Assembly: GCF_036365525.1 (NCBI RefSeq)
Contig: NC_090404.1
Location: 5,518,001 to 5,582,000 of the forward strand
DNA: 64,000 nucleotides
Direction: 5' to 3'
Origin: Heterodontus francisci
Taxonomy: Eukaryota
The position numbers and the translations under genes were made by a program. Each line of letters begins with the position of its first letter. Positions within the stretch are counted from its first letter, which is position 1. Positions 22,201-37,200 of the stretch are shown piece after piece. The notes beneath the pieces were generated by a model. It did no database searches. It worked only from the letters and a program-made list of their open reading frames with translations, and was not told the DNA's origin.

Positions 22201-25200
22201 CTGAACCACTCACCCAGTCTCCAACACACTCTCAGGCAGTACATTCCAGATCTGAACCACTCACCCAGACTCCAACACACTCTCAGGCAGTACATTCCAG
22301 ATCTGAACCACTCACCCAGTCTCCAACACACTCTCAGACAGTACATTCCAGATCTGAACCACTCACCCAGTCTCCAACACACTCTCAGGCAGTGCATTCC
22401 AGATCTGAACCACTCACCCAGTCTCCAACACACTCTCACACAGTACATTCCAAATCTGAACCACTCACCCAGTCTCCAACACACTCTCAGGCAGTATATT
22501 CCAAATCTGAACCACTCACCCAGTCTCCAACACACTCTCAGGCAGTGCATTCCAGATCTGAACCACTCACCCAGTCTCCAACACACTCTCAGGCAGTATA
22601 TTCCAAATCTGAACCACTCACCCAGTCTCCAACACACTCTCAGGCAGTGCATTCCAGATCTGAACCACTCACCCAGTCTCCAACACACTCTCAGACAGTA
22701 CATTCCAGATCTGAACCACTCACCCAGTCTTCAACACACTCTCAGACAGTACATTCCAAATCTGAACCACTCACCCAGTCTCCAACATACTCTCAGGCAG
22801 TATATTCCAAATCTGAACCACTCACCCAGTCTCCAACACACTCTCAGGCAGTGCATTCCAGATCTGAACCACTCACCCAGTCTCCAACACACTCTCAGGC
22901 AGTATATTCCAAATCTGAACCACTCACCCAGTCTCCAACACACTCTCAGGCAGTGCATTCCAGATCTGAACCACTCACCCAGTCTCCAACACACTCTCAG
23001 ACAGTACATTCCAGATCTGAACCACTCACCCAGTCTCCAATACACTCTCAGACAGTACATTCCAGATCTGAACCACTCACCCAGTCTTCAACACACTCTC
23101 AGACAGTACATTCCAAATCTGAACCACTCACCCAGTCTCCAATACAATCTCAGGCAGTATATTCCAAATCTGAACCACTCACCCAGTCTCCAACACACTC
23201 TCAGGCAGTATATTCCAAATCTGAACCACTCACCCAGTCTTCAACACACTCTCAGGCAGGGCATTCCAGATCTGAACCACTTACCCAGTCTTCAACACAC
23301 TCTCAGGCAGTACATTCCAAATCTGAACCACTCACCCAGTCTCCAACACACTCTCAGGCAGTACATTCCAGATCTGAACCACTCACCCAGTCTCCAACAC
23401 ACTCTCAGGCAGTGCATTCCAGATCTGAACCACTCACCCAGTCTCCAACACACTCTCAGACAGTACATTCCAAATCTGAACCACTCACCCAGTCTCCAAC
23501 ACACTCTCAGGCAGTATATTCCAAATCTGAACCACTCACCCAGTCTTCAACACACTCTCAGACAGTACATTCCAGATCTGAACCACTCACAGAGTCTCCA
23601 ACACACTCTCAGGCAGTACATTCCAGATCTGAACCACTCACCCAGTCTCCAATACACTCTCAGGCAGTGCATTCCAGATCTGAACCACTCACCCAGTCTC
23701 CAACACACTCTCAGACAGTACATTCCAGATCTGAACCACTCACCCAGTCTTCAACACACTCTCAGACAGTGCATTCCAGATCTGAACCACTCACCCAGTC
23801 TCCAACACACTCTCAGACAGTGCATTCCAGATCTGAACCACTCACCCAGTCTCCAATACACTCTCAGACAGTACATTCCAGATCTGAACCACTCACCCAG
23901 TCTCCAACACACTCTCAGACAGTACATTCCAGATCTGAACCATTCACTCAGTCTCCAATACACTCTCAGACAGTACATTCCAGATCTGAACCACTCACCC
24001 AGTCTCCAACACACTCTCAGACAGTACATTCCAGATCTGAACCATTCACTCAGTCTCCAACACACTCTCAGACAGTACATTCCAGATCTGAACCACTCAC
24101 CCAGTCTCCAACACACTCTCAGACAGTACATTCCAGATCTGAACCACTCACCCAGTCTCCAATACACTCTCCGGCAGTACATTCCAGATTTGAACCACTC
24201 ACCCAGTCTCCAACACACACTCAGTCAGTGCATTCCCGATCTGAACCATTCACCCAGTCTCCAACACACTCTCAGGCAGTACATTCCAGATCTGAACCAC
24301 TCACCCAGTCTCCAACACATTCTCAGACAGTGCATTCCAGATCTGAACCACTCACCCAGTCTCCAACACACTCTCAGGCAGTACATTCCAGATCTGAACC
24401 ACTCACCCAGTCTCCAACACACTCTCAGACAGTACATTCCAGATCTGAACCACTCAGCCAGTCTCCAACACATTCTCAGACAGTACATTCCAGATCTGAA
24501 CCACTCAGCCAGTCTCCAACACATTCTCAGACAGTGCATTCCAGATCTGAACCACTCACCCAGTCTCCAACACACTCTCAGACAGTACATTCCAGATCTG
24601 AACCACTCAGCCAGTCTCCAACACATTCTCAGACAGTGCATTCCAGATCTGAACCACTCACCCAGTCTCCAACACACTCTCAGACAGTACATTCCAGATC
24701 TGAACCACTCACCCAGTCTCCAATACACTCTCAGACAGTACATTCCAGATCTGAACCACTCACCCAGTCTCCAACACACTCTGCGGCAGTGCATTCCAGA
24801 TCTGAACCATTCACCCAGTCTCCAACACACTCTCAGATAGTACAGTCCAGATCTGAACCACTCACCCAGTCTCCAACACACTCTCAGACAGTACATTCCA
24901 GATCTGAACCACTCACCCAGTCTCCAACACACTCTCAGGCAGTGCATTCCAGATCCGAACCATTCACCCAGTCTCCAACACACTCTCAGACAGTACATTC
25001 CAGATCTGAACCACTCACCCAGTCTTCAACACACTCCAGGCAGTACATTCCAGATCTGAACCATTCACCCACTCTCCAACACACTCTCAGGCAGTATATT
25101 CCAGATCTGAACCACACACCCAGTCTTCAACACACTCTCAGACAGTACATTCCAGATCTGAACCACTCACCCAGTCTTCAACACACTCTCAGGCAGTGCA

Positions 25201-28200
25201 TTCCAGATCTGAACCACTCACCCAGTCTTCAACACACTCTCAGGCAGTATATTCCAGATCTGAACCACTCACCCAGTCTTCAACACACTCTCAGGCAGTA
25301 TATTCCAGATCTGAACCACTCACCCAGTCTTCAACACACTCTCAGGCAGTATATTCCAGATCTGAACCACTCGCCCAGTCTCCAACACACTCTCAGGCAG
25401 TATATTCCAGATCTGAACCACTCACCCAGTCTTCAACACACTCTCAGACAGTATATTCCAAATCTGAACCACTCACCCAGTCTTCAACACACTCTCAGGC
25501 AGTGCATTCCAGATCTGAACCACTCACCCAGTCTCCAACATACTCTCAGGCAGTACATTCCAGATCTGAACCACTCACCCAGTCTTCAACACACTCTCAG
25601 ACAGTACATTCCAGATCTGAACCACTCGCCCAGTCTCCAACACACTCTCAGGCAGTGCATTCCAGATCTGAACCACTCACCCAGTCTCCAACATACTCTC
25701 AGGCAGTACATTCCAGATCTGAACCACTCACCCAGTCTTCAACACACTCTCAGACAGTATATTCCAAATCTGAACCACTCACCCAGTCTTCAACACACTC
25801 TCAGGCAGTGCATTCCAGATCTGAACCACTCGCCCAGTCTCCAACACACTCTCAGGCAGTGCATTCCAGATCTGAACCACTCACCCAGTCTCCAACATAC
25901 TCTCAGGCAGGTCATTCCAGATCTGAACCATTTACCCAGTCTTCAACACACTCTCAGGCAGTATATTCCAAATCTGAACCACTCACCCAGTCTTCAACAC
26001 ACTCTCAGGCAGTATATTCCAGATCTGAACCACTTACCCAGTCTTCAACACACTCTCAGGCAGTATATTCCAAATCTGAACCACTCACCCAGTCTTCAAC
26101 ACACTCTCAGGCAGGGCATTCCAGATCTGAACCACTTACCCAGTCTTCAACACACTCTCAGGCAGTATATTCCAAATCTGAACCACTCACCCAGTCTTCA
26201 ACACACTCTCAGGCAGTATATTCCAGATCTGAACCACTTACCCAGTCTTCAACACACTCTCAGGCAGTATATTCCAAATCTGAACCACTCACCCAGTCTT
26301 CAACACACTCTCAGGCAGTATATTCCAAATCTGAACCACTCACCCAGTCTTCAACACACTCTCAGGCAGTATATTCCAAATCGGAACCACTCACCCAGTC
26401 TTCAACACACTCTCAGGCAGGGCATTCCAGATCTGAACCACTTACCCAGTCTTCAACACACTCTCAGACAGTACATTCCAGATCTGAACCATTCACCCAG
26501 TCTTCAACACACTCTCAGGCAGTATATTCCAAATCTGAACCACTCACCCAGTCTTCAACACACTCTCAGGCAGTATATTCCAGATCTGAACCACTTACCC
26601 AGTCTTCAACACACTCTCAGACAGTACATTCCAGATCTGAACCATTCACCCAGTCTTCAACACACTCTCAGGCAGTATATTCCAAATCTGAACCACTCAC
26701 CCAGTCTTCAACACACTCTCAGGCAGTATATTCCAAATCTGAACCACTCACCCAGTCTTCAACACACTCTCAGGCAGTATATTCCAGATCTGAACCACTT
26801 ACCCAGTCTTCAACACACTCTCAGGCAGTACATTCCAGATCTGAACCATTCACCCAGTCTTCAACACACTCTCAGGCAGTATATTCCAAATCTGAACCAC
26901 TCACCCAGTCTTCAACACACTGTCAGGCAGTATATTCCAAATCTGAACCACTCACCCAGTCTCCAACACACTCTCAGGCAGTACATTCCAGATCTGAACC
27001 ACTCACCCAGTCTCCAATACAATCTCAGACAGTACATTCCAGATCTGAACCACTCACCCAGTCTCCAACACACTCTCAGACAGTACATTCCAGATCTGAA
27101 CCACTCACCCAGTCTCCAACACATTCTCAGACAGTGCATTCCAGATCTGAACCACTCACCCAGTCTCCAACACACTCTCAGGCAGTACATTCCAGATCTG
27201 AACCACTCACCCAGTCTCCAACACACTCTCAGCCAGTACATTCCAGATCTGAACCACTCAGCCAGTCTCCAACACATTCTCAGACAGTACATTCCAGATC
27301 TGAACCACTCAGCCAGTCTCCAACACATTCTCAGACAGTGCATTCCAGATCTGAACCACTCACCCAGTCTCCAACACACTCTCAGACAGTACATTCCAGA
27401 TCTGAACCACTCAGCCAGTCTCCAACACATTCTCAGACAGTGCATTCCAGATCTGAACCACTCACCCAGTCTCCAACACACTCTCAGACAGTACATTCCA
27501 GATCTGAACCACTCACCCAGTCTCCAATACACTCTCAGACAGTACATTCCAGATCTGAACCACTCACCCAGTCTCCAACACACTCTGCGGCAGTGCATTC
27601 CAGATCTGAACCATTCACCCAGTCTCCAACACACTCTCAGATAGTACAGTCCAGATCTGAACCACTCACCCAGTCTCCAACACACTCTCAGACAGTACAT
27701 TCCAGATCTGAACCACTCACCCAGTCTCCAACACACTCTCAGGCAGTGCATTCCAGATCCGAACCATTCACCCAGTCTCCAACACACTCTCAGACAGTAC
27801 ATTCCAGATCTGAACCACTCACCCAGTCTTCAACACACTCCCGGCAGTACATTCCAGATCTGAACCACTCACCCACTCTCCAACACACTCTCAGGCAGTA
27901 TATTCCAGATCTGAACCACACACCCAGTCTTCAATACACTCTCAGACAGTACATTCCAGATCTGAACCACTCACCCAGTCTTCAACACACTCTCAGGCAG
28001 TGCATTCCAGATCTGAACCACTCACCCAGTCTTCAACACACTCTCAGGCAGTATATTCCAGATCTGAACCACTCACCCAGTCTTCAACACACTCTCCGGC
28101 AGTACATTCCAGATTTGAACCACTCACCCAGTCTCCAACACACACTCAGTCAGTGCATTCCCGATCTGAACCATTCACCCAGTCTCCAACACACTCTCAG

Positions 28201-31200
28201 GCAGTACATTCCAGATCTGAACCACTCACCCAGTCTCCAACACATTCTCAGACAGTGCATTCCAGATCTGAACCACTCACCCAGTCTCCAACACACTCTC
28301 AGGCAGTACATTCCAGATCTGAACCACTCACCCAGTCTCCAACACACTCTCAGACAGTACATTCCAGATCTGAACCACTCAGCCAGTCTCCAACACATTC
28401 TCAGACAGTACATTCCAGATCTGAACCACTCAGCCAGTCTCCAACACATTCTCAGACAGTGCATTCCAGATCTGAACCACTCACCCAGTCTCCAACACAC
28501 TCTCAGACAGTACATTCCAGATCTGAACCACTCAGCCAGTCTCCAACACATTCTCAGACAGTGCATTCCAGATCTGAACCACTCACCCAGTCTCCAACAC
28601 ACTCTCAGACAGTACATTCCAGATCTGAACCACTCACCCAGTCTCCAATACACTCTCAGACAGTACATTCCAGATCTGAACCACTCACCCAGTCTCCAAC
28701 ACACTCTGCGGCAGTGCATTCCAGATCTGAACCATTCACCCAGTCTCCAACACACTCTCAGATAGTACAGTCCAGATCTGAACCACTCACCCAGTCTCCA
28801 ACACACTCTCAGACAGTACATTCCAGATCTGAACCACTCACCCAGTCTCCAACACACTCTCAGGCAGTGCATTCCAGATCCGAACCATTCACCCAGTCTC
28901 CAACACACTCTCAGACAGTACATTCCAGATCTGAACCACTCACCCAGTCTTCAACACACTCCAGGCAGTACATTCCAGATCTGAACCATTCACCCACTCT
29001 CCAACACACTCTCAGGCAGTATATTCCAGATCTGAACCACACACCCAGTCTTCAACACACTCTCAGACAGTACATTCCAGATCTGAACCACTCACCCAGT
29101 CTTCAACACACTCTCAGGCAGTGCATTCCAGATCTGAACCACTCACCCAGTCTTCAACACACTCTCAGGCAGTATATTCCAGATCTGAACCACTCACCCA
29201 GTCTTCAACACACTCTCAGGCAGTATATTCCAGATCTGAACCACTCACCCAGTCTTCAACACACTCTCAGGCAGTATATTCCAGATCTGAACCACTCGCC
29301 CAGTCTCCAACACACTCTCAGGCAGTATATTCCAGATCTGAACCACTCACCCAGTCTTCAACACACTCTCAGACAGTATATTCCAAATCTGAACCACTCA
29401 CCCAGTCTTCAACACACTCTCAGGCAGTGCATTCCAGATCTGAACCACTCACCCAGTCTCCAACATACTCTCAGGCAGTACATTCCAGATCTGAACCACT
29501 CACCCAGTCTTCAACACACTCTCAGACAGTACATTCCAGATCTGAACCACTCGCCCAGTCTCCAACACACTCTCAGGCAGTGCATTCCAGATCTGAACCA
29601 CTCACCCAGTCTCCAACATACTCTCAGGCAGTACATTCCAGATCTGAACCACTCACCCAGTCTTCAACACACTCTCAGACAGTATATTCCAAATCTGAAC
29701 CACTCACCCAGTCTTCAACACACTCTCAGGCAGTGCATTCCAGATCTGAACCACTCGCCCAGTCTCCAACACACTCTCAGGCAGTGCATTCCAGATCTGA
29801 ACCACTCACCCAGTCTCCAACATACTCTCAGGCAGGTCATTCCAGATCTGAACCATTTACCCAGTCTTCAACACACTCTCAGGCAGTATATTCCAAATCT
29901 GAACCACTCACCCAGTCTTCAACACACTCTCAGGCAGTATATTCCAGATCTGAACCACTTACCCAGTCTTCAACACACTCTCAGGCAGTATATTCCAAAT
30001 CTGAACCACTCACCCAGTCTTCAACACACTCTCAGGCAGGGCATTCCAGATCTGAACCACTTACCCAGTCTTCAACACACTCTCAGGCAGTATATTCCAA
30101 ATCTGAACCACTCACCCAGTCTTCAACACACTCTCAGGCAGTATATTCCAGATCTGAACCACTTACCCAGTCTTCAACACACTCTCAGGCAGTATATTCC
30201 AAATCTGAACCACTCACCCAGTCTTCAACACACTCTCAGGCAGTATATTCCAAATCTGAACCACTCACCCAGTCTTCAACACACTCTCAGGCAGTATATT
30301 CCAAATCGGAACCACTCACCCAGTCTTCAACACACTCTCAGGCAGGGCATTCCAGATCTGAACCACTTACCCAGTCTTCAACACACTCTCAGACAGTACA
30401 TTCCAGATCTGAACCATTCACCCAGTCTTCAACACACTCTCAGGCAGTATATTCCAAATCTGAACCACTCACCCAGTCTTCAACACACTCTCAGGCAGTA
30501 TATTCCAGATCTGAACCACTTACCCAGTCTTCAACACACTCTCAGACAGTACATTCCAGATCTGAACCATTCACCCAGTCTTCAACACACTCTCAGGCAG
30601 TATATTCCAAATCTGAACCACTCACCCAGTCTTCAACACACTCTCAGGCAGTATATTCCAAATCTGAACCACTCACCCAGTCTTCAACACACTCTCAGGC
30701 AGTATATTCCAGATCTGAACCACTTACCCAGTCTTCAACACACTCTCAGGCAGTACATTCCAGATCTGAACCATTCACCCAGTCTTCAACACACTCTCAG
30801 GCAGTATATTCCAAATCTGAACCACTCACCCAGTCTTCAACACACTGTCAGGCAGTATATTCCAAATCTGAACCACTCACCCAGTCTCCAACACACTCTC
30901 AGGCAGTACATTCCAGATCTGAACCACTCACCCAGTCTCCAATACAATCTCAGACAGTACATTCCAGATCTGAACCACTCACCCAGTCTCCAACACACTC
31001 TCAGACAGTACATTCCAGATCTGAACCACTCACCCAGTCTCCAACACATTCTCAGACAGTGCATTCCAGATCTGAACCACTCACCCAGTCTCCAACACAC
31101 TCTCAGGCAGTACATTCCAGATCTGAACCACTCACCCAGTCTCCAACACACTCTCAGCCAGTACATTCCAGATCTGAACCACTCAGCCAGTCTCCAACAC

Positions 31201-34200
31201 ATTCTCAGACAGTACATTCCAGATCTGAACCACTCAGCCAGTCTCCAACACATTCTCAGACAGTGCATTCCAGATCTGAACCACTCACCCAGTCTCCAAC
31301 ACACTCTCAGACAGTACATTCCAGATCTGAACCACTCAGCCAGTCTCCAACACATTCTCAGACAGTGCATTCCAGATCTGAACCACTCACCCAGTCTCCA
31401 ACACACTCTCAGACAGTACATTCCAGATCTGAACCACTCACCCAGTCTCCAATACACTCTCAGACAGTACATTCCAGATCTGAACCACTCACCCAGTCTC
31501 CAACACACTCTGCGGCAGTGCATTCCAGATCTGAACCATTCACCCAGTCTCCAACACACTCTCAGATAGTACAGTCCAGATCTGAACCACTCACCCAGTC
31601 TCCAACACACTCTCAGACAGTACATTCCAGATCTGAACCACTCACCCAGTCTCCAACACACTCTCAGGCAGTGCATTCCAGATCCGAACCATTCACCCAG
31701 TCTCCAACACACTCTCAGACAGTACATTCCAGATCTGAACCACTCACCCAGTCTTCAACACACTCCCGGCAGTACATTCCAGATCTGAACCACTCACCCA
31801 CTCTCCAACACACTCTCAGGCAGTATATTCCAGATCTGAACCACACACCCAGTCTTCAACACACTCTCAGACAGTACATTCCAGATCTGAACCACTCACC
31901 CAGTCTTCAACACACTCTCAGGCAGTGCATTCCAGATCTGAACCACTCACCCAGTCTTCAACACACTCTCAGGCAGTATATTCCAGATCTGAACCACTCA
32001 CCCAGTCTTCAACACACTCTCAGGCAGTATATTCCAGATCTGAACCACTCACCCAGTCTTCAACACACTCTCAGGCAGTATATTCCAGATCTGAACCACT
32101 CGCCCAGTCTCCAACACACTCTCAGGCAGTATATTCCAGATCTGAACCACTCACCCAGTCTTCAACACACTCTCAGACAGTATATTCCAAATCTGAACCA
32201 CTCACCCAGTCTTCAACACACTCTCAGGCAGTGCATTCCAGATCTGAACCACTCACCCAGTCTCCAACATACTCTCAGGCAGTACATTCCAGATCTGAAC
32301 CACTCACCCAGTCTTCAACACACTCTCAGACAGTACATTCCAGATCTGAACCACTCGCCCAGTCTCCAACACACTCTCAGGCAGTGCATTCCAGATCTGA
32401 ACCACTCACCCAGTCTCCAACATACTCTCAGGCAGTACATTCCAGATCTGAACCACTCACCCAGTCTTCAACACACTCTCAGACAGTATATTCCAAATCT
32501 GAACCACTCACCCAGTCTTCAACACACTCTCAGGCAGTGCATTCCAGATCTGAACCACTCGCCCAGTCTCCAACACACTCTCAGGCAGTGCATTCCAGAT
32601 CTGAACCACTCACCCAGTCTCCAACATACTCTCAGGCAGGTCATTCCAGATCTGAACCACTTACCCAGTCTTCAACACACTCTCAGGCAGTATATTCCAA
32701 ATCTGAACCACTCACCCAGTCTTCAACACACTCTCAGGCAGTATATTCCAGATCTGAACCACTTACCCAGTCTTCAACACACTCTCAGGCAGTATATTCC
32801 AAATCTGAACCACTCACCCAGTCTTCAACACACTCTCAGGCAGGGCATTCCAGATCTGAACCACTTACCCAGTCTTCAACACACTCTCAGGCAGTATATT
32901 CCAAATCTGAACCACTCACCCAGTCTTCAACACACTCTCAGGCAGTATATTCCAGATCTGAACCACTTACCCAGTCTTCAACACACTCTCAGGCAGTATA
33001 TTCCAAATCTGAACCACTCACCCAGTCTTCAACACACTCTCAGGCAGTATATTCCAAATCTGAACCACTCACCCAGTCTTCAACACACTCTCAGGCAGGG
33101 CATTCCAGATCTGAACCACTTACCCAGTCTTCAACACACTCTCAGGCAGTATATTCCAAATCTGAACCGCTCACCCAGTCTTCAACACACTCTCAGGCAG
33201 TATATTCCAAATCTGAACCACTCACCCAGTCTTCAACACACTCTCAGGCAGTATATTCCAAATCGGAACCACTCACCCAGTCTTCAACACACTCTCAGGC
33301 AGGGCATTCCAGATCTGAACCACTTACCCAGTCTTCAACACACTCTCAGACAGTACATTCCAGATCTGAACCATTCACCCAGTCTTCAACACACTCTCAG
33401 GCAGTATATTCCAAATCTGAACCACTCACCCAGTCTTCAACACACTCTCAGGCAGTATATTCCAGATCTGAACCACTTACCCAGTCTTCAACACACTCTC
33501 AGACAGTACATTCCAGATCTGAACCATTCACCCAGTCTTCAACACACTCTCAGGCAGTATATTCCAAATCTGAACCACTCACCCAGTCTTCAACACACTC
33601 TCAGGCAGTATATTCCAAATCTGAACCACTCACCCAGTCTTCAACACACTCTCAGGCAGTATATTCCAGATCTGAACCACTTACCCAGTCTTCAACACAC
33701 TCTCAGGCAGTACATTCCAGATCTGAACCATTCACCCAGTCTTCAACACACTCTCAGGCAGTATATTCCAAATCTGAACCACTCACCCAGTCTTCAACAC
33801 ACTGTCAGGCAGTATATTCCAAATCTGAACCACTCACCCAGTCTCCAACACACTCTCAGGCAGTACATTCCAGATCTGAACCACTCACCCAGTCTCCAAT
33901 ACAATCTCAGACAGTACATTCCAGATCTGAACCACTCACCCAGTCTCCAACACACTCTCAGACAGTACATTCCAGATCTGAACCACTCACCCAGTCTCCA
34001 ACACACTCTCAGACAGTACATTCCAGATCTGAACCACTCACCCAGTCTCCAACACACTCTCAGACAGTACATTCCAGATCTGAACCACTCACCCAGTCTC
34101 CAACACACTCTCAGACAGTACATTCCAGATCTGAACCACCCACCCAGTCTCCAACACACTCTCAGACAGTACATTCCAGATCTGAACCACTCACCCAGTC

Positions 34201-37200
34201 TCCAACACACTCTCAGACAGTACATTCCAGATCTGAACCACTCACCCAGTCTCCAACACACTCTCAGACAGTACATTCCAGATCTGAACCACTCACCCAG
34301 TCTCCAACACACTCTCAGACAGTACATTCCAGATCTGAACCACTCACCCAGTCTCCAACACACTCTCAGACAGTACATTCCAGATCTGAACCACTCACCC
34401 AGTCTCCAACACACTCTCAGACAGTACATTCCAGATCTGAACCACTCACCCAGTCTCCAACACACTCTCAGACAGTACATTCCAGATCTGAACCACTCAC
34501 CCAGTCTCCAACACACTCTCAGACAGTACATTCCAGATCTGAACCACTCACCCAGTCTCCAACACACTCTCAGACAGTACATTTCAGATCTGAACCACTC
34601 ACCCAGTCTCCAACACACTCTCAGACAGTACATTCCAGATCTGAACCACTCACCCAGTCTCCAACACACTCTCAGACAGTACATTCCAGATCTGAACCAC
34701 TCACCCAGTCTTCAACACACTCTCAGGCAGTACATTCCAGATCTGAACCACTCACAGAATCTCCAACACACTCTCAGACAGTGCATTCCAGATCTGAACC
34801 ACTCACCCAGTCTTCAACACACTCTCAGGCAGTACATTCCAGATCTGAACCACTCACAGAGTCTCCAACACACTCTCAGACAGTGCATTCTTGATCTGAA
34901 CCACTCACCCAGTCTTCAACACACTCTCAGGCAGTACATTCCAGATCTGAACCACTCACAGAGTCTCCAACACACTCTCAGGCAGTACATTCCAGATCTG
35001 AACCACTCACCCAGTCTCCAACACACTCTCAGGCAGTGCATTCCAGATCTGAACCACTCACCCAGTCTCCAACACACTCTCAGACAGTACATTCTAGATC
35101 TGAACCACTCACCCAGTCTCCAACACACTCTCAGACAGTACATTCCAGATCTGAACCACTCACCCAGTCTCCAACACACTCTCAGGCAGTGCATTCCAGA
35201 TCTGAACCACTCACCCAGTCTCCAACACACTCTCAGACAGTACATTCCAGATCTGAACCACTCACCCAGTCTCCAACACACTCTCAGGCAGTGCATTCCA
35301 GATCTGAACCACTCACCCAGTCTCCAACACACTCTCAGACAGTACATTCCAGATCTGAACCACTCACCCAGTCTCCAACACACTCTCAGGCAGTGCATTC
35401 CAGATCTGAACCACTCACCCAGTCTCCAACACACTCTCAGACAGTACATTCCAGATCTGAACCACTCACCCAGTGTCCAACACACTCTCAGACAGTGCAT
35501 TCCAGATCTGAACCACTCACAGAGTCTCCAACACACTCTCAGACAGTGCATTCCAGATCTGAACCACTCACCCAGTCTCCAACACACTCTCAGACAGTAC
35601 ATTCCAGATCTGAACCACTCACCCAGTCTCCAACACACTCTCAGACAGTGCATTCCAGATCTGAACCATTCACCCAGTCTCCAACACACTCTCAGACAGT
35701 GCATTCCAGATCTGAACCATTCACCCAGTCTCCAACACACTCTCAGACAGTGCATTCCAGATCTGAACCACTCACCCAGTCTTCAACACACTCTCAGACA
35801 GTACATTCCACATCTGAACCACTCACCCAGTCTCCAACACACTCTCAGACAGTGCATTCCTGATCTGAACCACTCACCCAGTCTCCAACACACTCTCAGA
35901 CAGTACATTCCAGATCTGAACCATTCACCCAGTCTCCAACACACTCTCAGGCAGTGTATTCCAGATCTGAACCACTCACCCAGCCTCCAACACACTCTCA
36001 GGCAGTGCATTCCAGATCTGAACCACTCACCCAGTCTCCACCATACTCTCAGACAGTACATTCCAGATCTGAACCACTCACCCAGTCTCCAACACACTCT
36101 CAGACAGTGCATTCCAGATCTGAACCACTCACAGAGTCTCCAACACACTCTCAGACAGTGCATTCCAGATCTGAACCACTCACCCAGTCTCCAACACACT
36201 CTCAGGCAGTACATTCCAGATCTGAACCACTCACCCAGTCTCCAACACACTCTCAGGCAGTACATTCCAGATCTGAACCACTCACCCAGTCTCCAACACA
36301 CTCTCAGACAGTGCATTCCAGATCTGAACCATTCACCCAGTCTCCAACACACTCTCAGACAGTGCATTCCAGATCTGAACCATTCACCCAGTCTCCAACA
36401 CACTCTCAGACAGTACATTCCAGATCTGAACCACTCACCCAGACTCCAACACACTCTCAGACAGTGCATTCCAGATCTGAACCACTCACCCAGTCTCCAA
36501 CACACTCTCAGACAGTACATTCCAGATCTGAACCATTCACCCAGTCTCCAACACACTCTCAGGCAGTATATTCCAGATCTGAACCACTCACCCAGTCTCC
36601 AACACACTCTCAGGCAGTACATTCCAGATCTGAACCACTCACCCAGTCTCCAACACACTCTCAGGCAGTGCATTCCAGATCTGAACCACTCACCCAGTCT
36701 TCAACACACTCTCAGACAGTACATTCCAGATCTGAACCACTCACCCAGTCTCCAACACACTCTCAGACAGTACATTCCAGATCTGAACCACTCACCCAGT
36801 CTCCAACACACTCTCAGACAGTGCATTCCAGATCTGAACCATTCACCCAGTCTCCAACACACTCTCAGACAGTGCATTCCAGATCTGAACCATTCACCCA
36901 GTCTCCAACACACTCTCAGACAGTGCATTCCAGATCTGAACCACGCACCCAGTCTCCAACACACTCTCAGACAGTACATTCCAGATCTGAACCACTCACC
37001 CAGTCTCCAACACACTCTCAGACAGTACATTCCAGATCTGAACCACTCACCCAGTGTCCAACACACTCTCAGACAGTGCATTCCAGATCTGAACCACTCA
37101 CAGAGTCTCCAACACACTCTCAGACAGTGCATTGCAGATCTGAACCACTCACCCAGTCTCCAACACACTCTCAGACAGTACATTCCAGATCTGAACCACT

